Source: a virus (lineage: Duplodnaviria > Heunggongvirae > Uroviricota > Caudoviricetes). Taken from it: DNA of 64,000 nt. The stretch lies in the IMG/VR virus record IMGVR_UViG_3300037466_002980, positions 1-64,000 of that record; one strand, 5' to 3'. Shown in pieces: positions 9,547 to 17,998 of this stretch (within the stretch, counting starts at the first letter, position 1; each line of letters opens with the position of its first letter). Under the pieces are notes generated by a model. The model saw only the letters and a program-made list of their open reading frames with translations. It did no database searches and was not told where the DNA came from. A program made the translations under genes and the position numbers.

Positions 9547-9919
9547 TTAAAAATTCTAAGTGTGCGCCATTTTCGTTATCTTCCGAAACATCAATCTTAA
9601 CTGATCTTCCAGGAAACTTGGCATTAATTTGTTGATATAAATCCTCTGCGATCATTTCGCAGGATTTATAATCCAATTGTAAGGTATTAGTGGAATAAAG
9701 ACTTTCTATCCAACGCTTAAATTGAATAAATTCAATATCCCTATCGTTATGTGTTACCTCAATGGAAACCTGAAAATAAAAAATATGCCTATGTGGATAG
9801 GCAAGAAAACTCACATCAAATTCATCACCTGTGGCTAAATTTGGATCTTCGGCTGCTCTTGGATATTTATGAATTCCTTCTTTTGTAAATTTAACCCAAA
9901 TCCATTTATTATTTGTCAT
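9539..9919 (-). CDS. QueD-paralog T-fold protein (DpdL-like putative CDG decarboxylase)
   Basis: LAYPHRHIF fits LxxxHRHxF instead of QueD CxxxHGH; SCEMIA and VSED motifs. Confidence 0.7.
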   Translation of the reverse strand: MTNNKWIWVKFTKEGIHKYPRAAEDPNLATGDEFDVSFLAYPHRHIFYFQVSIEVTHNDRDIEFIQFKRWIESLYSTNTLQLDYKSCEMIAEDLYQQINAKFPGRSVKIDVSEDNENGAHLEFLID

Positions 9920-10677
9920 TTCTTTACCTTCTTCTTACTCGCCGGCGCTGTTTTTTCTTTACCAGTGTCCTCCGTATAAATCCGGAGAATCTCGTCTCGA
10001 TTAACTTCTGTCGAAATTTTCTGAATGATTTCTTCTTCACTTTCGGTTGCTTTCATGGCTGAAATTCCAGTTGCATCGAGCCCAATATCTGGATTGTTTA
10101 TAACAGGTTCAACTCTATTTACTGGGGTATTATTTATATCCTCTTCAACAATACCATCATCTAAAACGATATCCGAAGAATATTCAAGCCAATCAGTAAA
10201 TCTGTTACTATCGGTTACTTCATGGAAAGGTAGACACCAAACTCCGGGATTAGTAGCCTGAAAATCAATATCATCAAATTTAATAGTTAGATTTGGATTT
10301 GATGTTTCTAGTTTAGGAATTCTAACACTTAGCAACGGGACAAAAATTCTTGATTGCCATACACCCGGTGTGAGCATTTTCAGAACTGTTTCGTGTTGAT
10401 GTGCTGGATAATCCAATGTAACCCAATATCCTCTATCTAGAAGATCGACAATTAATTTATTCCAAGTTTGACCAAAATATTCAGTATAATGCGTTGCATC
10501 AAACGAATGGTTAGCACCTAAAAAAATATGAGTAACCTTATGTTTTCTTGCAACTTCTAGAACATCATCTGTTTTAGCGTAATCAACTACAAATAATGTT
10601 TTCTTTGAAAAGGCTGGCGTTTTTTCTACTTCCGACCCAATAAAATATTTTACTTTTTCATGACCACTTCTTATCAT
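9916..10677 (-). CDS. Hypothetical protein in the deazaguanine/glycosylation operon
   Basis: 253 aa; HIFLGANHSF and TNPGVWC motifs; coupled to the DpdL-like gene. Confidence 0.75.
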   Translation of the reverse strand: MIRSGHEKVKYFIGSEVEKTPAFSKKTLFVVDYAKTDDVLEVARKHKVTHIFLGANHSFDATHYTEYFGQTWNKLIVDLLDRGYWVTLDYPAHQHETVLKMLTPGVWQSRIFVPLLSVRIPKLETSNPNLTIKFDDIDFQATNPGVWCLPFHEVTDSNRFTDWLEYSSDIVLDDGIVEEDINNTPVNRVEPVINNPDIGLDATGISAMKATESEEEIIQKISTEVNRDEILRIYTEDTGKEKTAPASKKKVKK

Positions 10678-10871
10678 ATTTTCCCTTTTAATCTTTTAAT
10701 CATTTCTTCTAATCGAATTTGATATGTTTTTCTTTCTATAAAAATAACTAGAACTCCACACATTCCTATTAACGATAAACCAACAAGAAAATCTCCAAGT
10801 ATTAGAAATAACATTCCGAACATAAGTGTTGCGGCCATTCCTATAAATGCTACAAATAAACTTTCCGGCAT
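10674..10871 (-). CDS. Two-TM small membrane protein
   Basis: Two hydrophobic segments; EEMIKRLKG tail. Confidence 0.7.
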   Translation of the reverse strand: MPESLFVAFIGMAATLMFGMLFLILGDFLVGLSLIGMCGVLVIFIERKTYQIRLEEMIKRLKGKI

Positions 10872-11089
10872 TATCTTTTCAACCTACCCATTAATAATTC
10901 TTCTTCAACAAGATACTGTCTATATTTTACTAGAGAAAAGCCATGGAATGCAATAGTACCAAGCATGAAAATTATACCAGCAATTGCAAGAAATGGTTTA
11001 AAAACTAATGCCGGAATTATAAAAATTTCGGCTATCATTAGAAAACCTGTAATCCAAAAAATTAGTTTCCAGATTCTGGAGTTAAGCAT
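10871..11089 (-). CDS. Two-TM small membrane protein
   Basis: EEELLMGRLKR tail. Confidence 0.7.
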   Translation of the reverse strand: MLNSRIWKLIFWITGFLMIAEIFIIPALVFKPFLAIAGIIFMLGTIAFHGFSLVKYRQYLVEEELLMGRLKR

Positions 11090-11364
11090 TATCTTGGTCC
11101 GGTATAACTGGAGGTATATTTTATGCCTTTTAACCTATTAAACAATTCGTCTTCTTTATTCCTTTTTTTCTGTGCATAGGCTAACATAATCACCCCTTCC
11201 CATATTCCGGCGGCAGTTACCAACTCAAACGAATTAAATACATCATAAGGTTCGGGAAGTATCATCAATATGATTGTGACTATAATAGATATCATCAATA
11301 GCCACACACCTGCTTGACCGATCGCATTCCCGAAGGGATCATCACACAATCTAGCGGCGGCCAT
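11089..11364 (-). CDS. Two-TM small membrane protein
   Basis: EDELFNRLKG tail. Confidence 0.7.
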   Translation of the reverse strand: MAAARLCDDPFGNAIGQAGVWLLMISIIVTIILMILPEPYDVFNSFELVTAAGIWEGVIMLAYAQKKRNKEDELFNRLKGIKYTSSYTGPR

Positions 11365-11686
11365 ATCTTAACCTATTAATAACAGCTTCTTCGATTTTAA
11401 AATGCTCTTCGGATTTACCGTGAGCAATTAAACTACCAAATGCACAAAGGGCCTGTATGAATGCCATTACAATAAATGCAAGAAAAACATAGGAATTTGA
11501 ACTGAAAAATATTACAGGAAAAGTTATTAGGCTAAAAACAAAACCTAATCTCATCATTCTTACAGAATAGATATTCCAACGTTCACTTTCAAAAACGGAG
11601 GTAGGCATAGGCCATATGAAAGAAAGAAAACCCTTCTTTCTTACAGGCCTATCTACTGGATCATTAGCATTAAGATCTGGAATCAT
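11351..11686 (-). CDS. Two-TM small membrane protein
   Basis: EEAVINRLRYG tail. Confidence 0.7.
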   Translation of the reverse strand: MIPDLNANDPVDRPVRKKGFLSFIWPMPTSVFESERWNIYSVRMMRLGFVFSLITFPVIFFSSNSYVFLAFIVMAFIQALCAFGSLIAHGKSEEHFKIEEAVINRLRYGRR

Positions 11687-12870
11687 TAATATTTTGCTTT
11701 GGTAACATGCTTTCTATAATCAACAGAATTTCTTTCCCATTGTTTATAATCGTTTGTTTCGGTGAAAATATCAAGTGTCCTATCAATAGTGCCATCTTGC
11801 CAATCACTTACCTTACCAGTTTCATAACTGGCAGGATTAACAAACATCTTTTCCAATTTTTCAGCCGCATCATCAAGGCTCCAAGGAATATACATGTTCT
11901 TCGGATTATTAGCAAATACTTCCGGAAAACTTCTATATGCCGGATACAAAGTAAGAGTACCAAACGTATCCGCTTCACTAACTGTGTTGCTAACCCAATC
12001 TTGCAATGCACAATTAAAAAGCACAACGCTATCCGCAAGCATTTCGTAATAGTCGTCCTTCCTCAAACCAGTATACACTTTGAAGTTTGCCTTATCGCTT
12101 TCTTCAAGAAATTTAGCAAATTCCAAATGGTTCTTGTTATTGCTCTTCAGTGCAGGATGACCGGTAAGAACTGCAAATTCAACTTCCGGACGTGTCTTAT
12201 ACATTCTTTGTGCAAGTTGCATAAAGAATTCCGGTTGTTTTTCATCATCCCAACGCGCAGCAAACACTACACGCTGTTCGCGTGAAGTAATCGGTTTAAT
12301 ATACGTGAGCCTGCTCAAAACTTCCTCTTTGCCAAAGGGCAGACCTGTCACATAAATCGGTGCTTTAAAGCCGGCGATTCTTAAATGTGCCACCATTTCT
12401 TCACTAGCAACCAAAATACCAGAAACGAATTTATCAATCATCAATTCATAATTTCGCATCCAATCAGACATGCCTTCGCGATTAACGAAATCATCCGGAT
12501 CAATGGATTGTGCTAAACACCGAACAAAAACCTGTGGACGGAATTTCTTAGGAATCTGATCCATAATATATGGAAGAGATTCAATTCCGGGAGTAAACAT
12601 ATCTTCATAGAAGATCACATCCTTATTGGTAATTTGACCTTCTTTCATCAACTTAACCAATTTGGCAGTTTGCATCAAACTGTAATAAGTTCTTCCATGG
12701 GCATCAAGAACACTACCAGTCACAATCTGTTTATCAGTACTTAGTTCTTCGCCGGTGATGCATTCGTATTCGATTTCTCGACGTTGAAATACACGCTCAT
12801 TCCAATCTTGCAATTGAAGTGTATAACGTGCTTCATAAGACTCCAGGCCCATGTAGAAAAGTTTACGCAT
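11686..12870 (-). CDS. GT-B glycosyltransferase (GT4/QTMAN-GTDC1-like)
   Basis: FAARWDDEKQPEFF, YYEMLADS, DWVSNTVSEA, YPAYRSFPEVF. Confidence 0.85.
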   Translation of the reverse strand: MRKLFYMGLESYEARYTLQLQDWNERVFQRREIEYECITGEELSTDKQIVTGSVLDAHGRTYYSLMQTAKLVKLMKEGQITNKDVIFYEDMFTPGIESLPYIMDQIPKKFRPQVFVRCLAQSIDPDDFVNREGMSDWMRNYELMIDKFVSGILVASEEMVAHLRIAGFKAPIYVTGLPFGKEEVLSRLTYIKPITSREQRVVFAARWDDEKQPEFFMQLAQRMYKTRPEVEFAVLTGHPALKSNNKNHLEFAKFLEESDKANFKVYTGLRKDDYYEMLADSVVLFNCALQDWVSNTVSEADTFGTLTLYPAYRSFPEVFANNPKNMYIPWSLDDAAEKLEKMFVNPASYETGKVSDWQDGTIDRTLDIFTETNDYKQWERNSVDYRKHVTKAKY

Positions 12871-12899
12871 TTGTAGATCTCCGGTTCAGGTAATGCTTA

Positions 12900-12928
12900 A
12901 TTTTAATGCAAATAAATGAATGTGTCAA
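12900..12928 (-). promoter_or_regulatory. sigma70-type early promoter
   Basis: TTGACA-N17-TAAAAT upstream of the glycosyltransferase. Confidence 0.8.
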
Positions 12929-12942
12929 ACACTCAGTTATAT

Positions 12943-13164
12943 TTAGGATTGATCGTATTTAACAATATCAAATTCTGTTTCTGCATAATCTGTATAAATG
13001 GGTTCTCCCATAAGCATCCATTCAAGTTCGTCAACTTCATTGTAATCAGGAGTATATCTGCGACGGTAAATGTGTTTCAACCAAATTCTTTTATTAGAGA
13101 TGGTAATCACAGGTTTCCACGCGAACCATTTCTTCCAAGATTTATCATTTTCCAAAGATTTCAT
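12943..13164 (-). CDS. Hypothetical protein (WKKWFAWKPV motif)
   Basis: Coupled ORF. Confidence 0.65.
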   Translation of the reverse strand: MKSLENDKSWKKWFAWKPVITISNKRIWLKHIYRRRYTPDYNEVDELEWMLMGEPIYTDYAETEFDIVKYDQS

Positions 13165-13510
13165 CTGCCAATGATAACCAAAAATTAATCTGAGATTTAA
13201 TTATATCTTTCCTGAGATGATATTCCGCAAAGGTCCGAAAAATAGCATGGTCAAAATCTTTTATTGTATTTAAGTTTACCGAAGGATCCACATTTATGGA
13301 ATCTTCATATATTGTTTCAATCCAAATTGGATAGCCTCCTAACATATAACTTCTGCAATCAATTACCACATTTTGCAATGTAAATAATGCCACCTCTGGA
13401 TTCTTTTTATAAAGTTCCAGCAAAGGAGCAAGCCCATCCTCAACTTTTTCTGATTCAAAATTATAATTGAAATTATATTTTAATTTCAAATATGTTTCGT
13501 GTTCTTTCAT
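13145..13510 (-). CDS. Paralog family with N-terminal YLKLKY
   Basis: Shares N-terminus, VALF core and W..EI end with neighbours. Confidence 0.7.
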   Translation of the reverse strand: MKEHETYLKLKYNFNYNFESEKVEDGLAPLLELYKKNPEVALFTLQNVVIDCRSYMLGGYPIWIETIYEDSINVDPSVNLNTIKDFDHAIFRTFAEYHLRKDIIKSQINFWLSLADEIFGK

Positions 13511-13872
13511 GAAAAGATCTCACCAGAAATAGAAAACCACTTATAAAAATGATCAATAATTTCTTTTGAATTTGCTTTCTTACAATAAAAAATATCCCAA
13601 GCACAACTATCTAAATCTTCAACTATATAATCAAATTCATTGCCCTCAAGATATTCATTAAAATATTCATATGTTCCAGCATGAGTGTAATCTATAGATT
13701 GTTGAAGATCTCTCTGTAGAAGAAAATCGATTTGAAGATTTAAGAATGCGAATAATGCTACATCACCATAATCTTTCAAAAGCTGATGTAATACTGTATA
13801 AGGATTATTGTCATCTTCGACATCATAATCAATTTTATATTTTAATTTCGCAAATAATAGATTATCTTTCAT
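13507..13872 (-). CDS. Paralog family with N-terminal FAKLKY
   Basis: Same layout as 13145..13510. Confidence 0.7.
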   Translation of the reverse strand: MKDNLLFAKLKYKIDYDVEDDNNPYTVLHQLLKDYGDVALFAFLNLQIDFLLQRDLQQSIDYTHAGTYEYFNEYLEGNEFDYIVEDLDSCAWDIFYCKKANSKEIIDHFYKWFSISGEIFS

Positions 13873-14309
13873 TAGAAAAATTTCTTTAATTTCGGATCTT
13901 CCAAACCAGCTAACTTATTTAAACTTTTTTCTTGTTCGGCAAATTCATATTCTTGATTAACACGCGCGGTAAGATAGTTTCGGATTGTGGCCCTATTTTC
14001 CCAAATAAAATTTTCATATCTGAATAGACCATTACAAGGACAATCTAGGACAAAAACAATTCCGTTTATTTCTCTTCCGGAAACGCAATCATAACCATAA
14101 TGGAGAATTACCTTATCTGGACCTTTTTTATTTTCTTCATCACAGTAAGATTTCCAATTATCCACATCATAGGAACAGTCTGAACCCGGACATAAATGTA
14201 ATCTTCCACACCATCCACATTCAAGTTCAGCGCTTCCTACACCAAAGGTAGAAATAGAATCAATAAACATCTCTGATGGAGGTGTCGAACTATCTCTAGG
14301 ATTACTCAT
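13872..14309 (-). CDS. Cys-rich hypothetical protein (possible Zn-binding)
   Basis: CGWCGRLH...CPC. Confidence 0.7.
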   Translation of the reverse strand: MSNPRDSSTPPSEMFIDSISTFGVGSAELECGWCGRLHLCPGSDCSYDVDNWKSYCDEENKKGPDKVILHYGYDCVSGREINGIVFVLDCPCNGLFRYENFIWENRATIRNYLTARVNQEYEFAEQEKSLNKLAGLEDPKLKKFF

Positions 14310-14656
14310 GAATTATGAATTTCTTCGCTTACTAGAATCCAGTCACCAAGTCGATTGACTACTATATCGTTGGTAACACCCGCTCTTTCCAATACAGCCA
14401 TTTCATCGGAAATAGTAGTTTCGGACATTTGAATGTGAGCTTCGTTCAAAGGATCTACATAACCTTTTAAAAGTAATTCTGTCGTTTTTTCGGGATCATT
14501 GCGATACTGTTCGTATTCTGAAAGTAAATCTGCAATAAATTGATACAATGCAAAAGATCCAATTTCTGTAGATGAAAGTGATCTAATCGTATCAAATGAT
14601 ATATTATTATCTAAATTATATCGAAGCTTTAAATAAAACTTATCTTCTTCCTTCAT
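14306..14656 (-). CDS. Paralog family with N-terminal YLKLRY
   Basis: MKEEDKFYLKLRY...WILVSEEI; start moved to the ATG matching its paralogs. Confidence 0.7.
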   Translation of the reverse strand: MKEEDKFYLKLRYNLDNNISFDTIRSLSSTEIGSFALYQFIADLLSEYEQYRNDPEKTTELLLKGYVDPLNEAHIQMSETTISDEMAVLERAGVTNDIVVNRLGDWILVSEEIHNS

Positions 14657-14790
14657 GTTTTTGATCTTTCTGCTCATCGGCAATAATATTTCTCATATAA
14701 TGACAAATTGATTGCAGATATTCAAACTCCAAATTATCAGTAATTAATTTTTCGTATAAAAGATCTTCTGACTAAGGATTTAATGGATCC

Positions 14791-15048
14791 TTATTTGGAA
14801 TGTTTGAGCACATACGCAATCGCATCCTCACCCTGTATTATAACAGATTGACTTGAATAGACCAAAAAACCACTATGAAATCGTGACTGACCTGGAGAAA
14901 CCACCTCTACAGAGATCATTTTCGGATTTAACTTTATTACCTTGCATATTTTCATTACATTATTTCTTGGAACAGCGACATAATTTCCCAATTTAACTTC
15001 GACCCCAAGAATATCAAAGTGTTTCTTTTCAATTTTTTCTGTAGTCAT
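14791..15048 (-). CDS. Hypothetical SH3/KOW-like small protein
   Basis: DILGVEVKLGNYV; ends EDAIAYVLKHSK. Confidence 0.65.
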   Translation of the reverse strand: MTTEKIEKKHFDILGVEVKLGNYVAVPRNNVMKICKVIKLNPKMISVEVVSPGQSRFHSGFLVYSSQSVIIQGEDAIAYVLKHSK

Positions 15049-15233
15049 TGTGTCCCCATAAACTCTTTTATTATTCTTGTAATTTCCTGATCTAATTCTT
15101 TTAAAATCTTATCAACCTTTCTTCTCTGACGTTCCTCCGGTGTGGTAGATAATTTATCAATAATTTTATCAGCCTCGTTAAGCTCTTCATTTGGCATTTT
15201 ATCAATATCCATAATAAAAATCTTCCTGCTCAT
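15045..15233 (-). CDS. Hypothetical protein
   Basis: Coupled ORF. Confidence 0.55.
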   Translation of the reverse strand: MSRKIFIMDIDKMPNEELNEADKIIDKLSTTPEERQRRKVDKILKELDQEITRIIKEFMGTQ

Positions 15234-15433
15234 GTTCTTTGTTTATGACGTATTTTACTCTTTTTACGTTTAGGATTGCAATAATTAGGTTTACAATCTG
15301 CAAAGATAGAATGAGCTAATATCAATCCATTATATAATCCCGATTGATATTCATTTCCACGATTTATAAAATCTTTCTGTATTGTTATACAGCTTTCAAG
15401 ATTAGATAATTTTTTTTGTAATTCGTCATTCAT
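15230..15433 (-). CDS. Hypothetical protein
   Basis: ATG overlaps the end of dpdA; YQSGLYNGLILA. Confidence 0.6.
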   Translation of the reverse strand: MNDELQKKLSNLESCITIQKDFINRGNEYQSGLYNGLILAHSIFADCKPNYCNPKRKKSKIRHKQRT

Positions 15434-16973
15434 CGATTTGAATAATATCCTCAGCACCTGGTGCTGCAAGTTCTTCCACATCTGGAATGTGTTCTGTTTC
15501 TTCAGAATCACCGAACAACGATCCAAATGTACTTGCTTTCTTCTTATCACCAAAACTTACAAAATCAAGGAATGTTTCATTTTCCTTAATCATTCCATAA
15601 GGATCTTTATTATCGGGATCTAATAACTTAGAAACAAAATCGTTAAAGTATAAAATTGTACTAGGAACAAAATCACTTAGACTCTTTTTATTTCTACTTT
15701 GATACCAATCTCTATAATCAATATTTTCCCTGGAAGCATAATCCATATCGGCTAATCTATTAATTTCCTGAATAGCTTGAATGTGATTATATACGTTATG
15801 TGCCATTACCAGTGCATAGGTAGTTGTATCCCAACTAGTCTTGCCTTCTTTGTTATGTTTATTAAGATCTCCAGGACCAAGAACACACATATCACTTGCA
15901 TACAATCTTTCCATAATCGGACCTTGAAATGGCATTGCAATTTTCTTATTCTTTAATTTCTTATCATCAATCCCCCTACCCATTGCATAGGTTAATTGTT
16001 CTGGTTTGAAATAATTATAATTGTACGAAAGTGCATAACCACCTGCAGCAACAAAAGGAGATGCAGCATCGAAACTAATATTAATATTTGGATTATAATG
16101 CTTCTTTAAATTTCTTTCAATAGAAGTCAAATAACATGCCCAATCTAATCTACCAATTCCTAAGAAGTGAATCCAATCTTTTCCAGCAAGCAGGTTGTCT
16201 TTTCGAAGATCAACTATTCTGTTTAGAACAGTAGCCATATTCTTCATGTTGATACCAGCAAATGCCCATCCTTCTAATGTTCTATCCTTGCTATATCCCA
16301 TTGCCTCTACCATTTCGGGCATACTGAAATATTTTACCCTTTCATACCATTCTTTAGAATTCTGATTATCGCTACCAGATAATACATTCAAGAACTTTGT
16401 TGCTCCCGGTACTCTATTTTTCATAAAATAATGAAGATTATGTTCGGTTACATCCAAACAGTCGGAAAATTTGGTTAATCCTGTTTTTTCACTCAATGGT
16501 GGAAGTGCTGCAAATGCTGGTACATCTAGTGTCATTGACCAATCGGAAGTTGCTTCGAGATATCTTAAAATTTCCTCTCTGAGTTTATCTCCCTCTGGAC
16601 CCTTCACTGTTTTCCAATCTAATTTAATTACACCGGTAGCAATTTGAAATCCACCCGAATCACCAATTAGTATTGTTTTCTCTCTATCTCTCTTATGTAT
16701 CATTGGTTCGCGTTCTACCATTTTAGATAAATTGCGTTCCGCATGACCAGCAGAATATAGAGCGAATTTATAATTGAAATAACTATTATCTTCGTCTAGG
16801 AAATTAAGTCCCTGTAATCCTAATTCAAAATTTTCAGGAACTCGCTCCGGTGGTACAAAATTAGGATCGGCTGCTGCCTTTCCTAAATGTGTGGCATAAA
16901 AACCACTAATGGCTGGAAGGTATTTTGCCCAGCCACCTTCAATATGTCTTTTGGTAAGATCTAATTTGGGCAT
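15426..16973 (-). CDS. dpdA: TGT-like DNA 7-deazaguanine transglycosylase (DpdA-type)
   Basis: DSGGFQ, MTLDVP, GWAFAG, HFLGIG, SFDAASP, HN motifs; lacks the tRNA-TGT Zn Cys cluster; near clamp and polymerase. Confidence 0.8.
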   Translation of the reverse strand: MPKLDLTKRHIEGGWAKYLPAISGFYATHLGKAAADPNFVPPERVPENFELGLQGLNFLDEDNSYFNYKFALYSAGHAERNLSKMVEREPMIHKRDREKTILIGDSGGFQIATGVIKLDWKTVKGPEGDKLREEILRYLEATSDWSMTLDVPAFAALPPLSEKTGLTKFSDCLDVTEHNLHYFMKNRVPGATKFLNVLSGSDNQNSKEWYERVKYFSMPEMVEAMGYSKDRTLEGWAFAGINMKNMATVLNRIVDLRKDNLLAGKDWIHFLGIGRLDWACYLTSIERNLKKHYNPNINISFDAASPFVAAGGYALSYNYNYFKPEQLTYAMGRGIDDKKLKNKKIAMPFQGPIMERLYASDMCVLGPGDLNKHNKEGKTSWDTTTYALVMAHNVYNHIQAIQEINRLADMDYASRENIDYRDWYQSRNKKSLSDFVPSTILYFNDFVSKLLDPDNKDPYGMIKENETFLDFVSFGDKKKASTFGSLFGDSEETEHIPDVEELAAPGAEDIIQIDE

Positions 16974-17157
16974 TCTTTATATATCGGTTGATGACTCTAT
17001 CATATTCAATAACATACTCTTCATATGTCCAATAATTTTCTTCTAGAGTCTTATGAAATTCTTCTATTGTCTGTCGTTTATTGTTAAATACCTTTTTTAA
17101 CAAATCTTCAAAAGTTATCTTTTTAAGTCGTTCAAAGGTCCTATCAATATCTTCCAT
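16939..17157 (-). CDS. Hypothetical protein
   Basis: MEDIDRTFERLKK start right after the clamp stop. Confidence 0.6.
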   Translation of the reverse strand: MEDIDRTFERLKKITFEDLLKKVFNNKRQTIEEFHKTLEENYWTYEEYVIEYDRVINRYIKNAQIRSYQKTY

Positions 17158-17158
17158 A

Positions 17159-17908
17159 TTATCCCTTGACAGCTGGAAGAATATATTCGTATTTTCCAAT
17201 ACCACTATCAATTTCAATCATTAATGCACCTTGATCTGAAAATTTCATAACTGTCTTTTCGGCGGTATCACTTAATTTAAGAATATTGAGTACCTGTGCA
17301 AGTGGCCACGACCAGGATAATTTCAATGTTCCGGTAATGTTTGTTGCAAACGGTACAACTGTTCTATCAGTTGGACCAGAACCAATGCTAAACATTAATG
17401 TTCCGTTGTTGACCGAAACAATAAATCTCTTTTCAAAAGATCCTAAAATTCCTTGGAAATAAGCAAGTTCGGAAATCTTTTTCTTTTCTGGTTCAAATGA
17501 AATATTCCAATTTGCACCTCTGAATGGCGGAACCTTCACAGTTTCTGTCACCATCGCTTCACTCATAAATCGATAATTGGCAGTATGACCTGTTCCACTA
17601 TCAAATTTAATTTCAGTCGGAACTACTACGTTATTTCTATTTTCAGTAATAACCGTTGTATTCGATTTGTCACTACCAAATAATGGAAAATCTAAATATC
17701 CTTTTAGAATTGCCATTCTCGAAACTCCGACTGTAGAGTCAATTCCTGTAATTGGTTGGTACATACTTCCATATAGAACTACAGTTCTATCTGCATCCAT
17801 TGCTTCAATCTTAGCATCATTCGAAGAGCCCATTAATTTAACTGCTTCAAATAACCCAAGTGAATGAGTATGCTTTATAATATCTTTGAAATCATCAACT
17901 AAACTCAT
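17159..17908 (-). CDS. DNA polymerase sliding clamp (gp45/PCNA-like)
   Basis: 249 aa beta-rich protein ending YEYILPA, next to the DNA polymerase. Confidence 0.7.
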   Translation of the reverse strand: MSLVDDFKDIIKHTHSLGLFEAVKLMGSSNDAKIEAMDADRTVVLYGSMYQPITGIDSTVGVSRMAILKGYLDFPLFGSDKSNTTVITENRNNVVVPTEIKFDSGTGHTANYRFMSEAMVTETVKVPPFRGANWNISFEPEKKKISELAYFQGILGSFEKRFIVSVNNGTLMFSIGSGPTDRTVVPFATNITGTLKLSWSWPLAQVLNILKLSDTAEKTVMKFSDQGALMIEIDSGIGKYEYILPAVKG

Positions 17909-17998
17909 TATTTTTCCTTAAAATTATTTCTTTATTTAGATCATGCCTACGCATATTGAATAAAATATTGTTACATTTTTCCTATAGAAAGTCAACTC

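Noticed and set aside
15426-16973. Canonical tRNA-guanine transglycosylase (tgt)
   Set aside because: Lacks the CxCxxC Zn site and sits near replication genes, which fits a DNA-acting DpdA better; tRNA activity is not formally excluded
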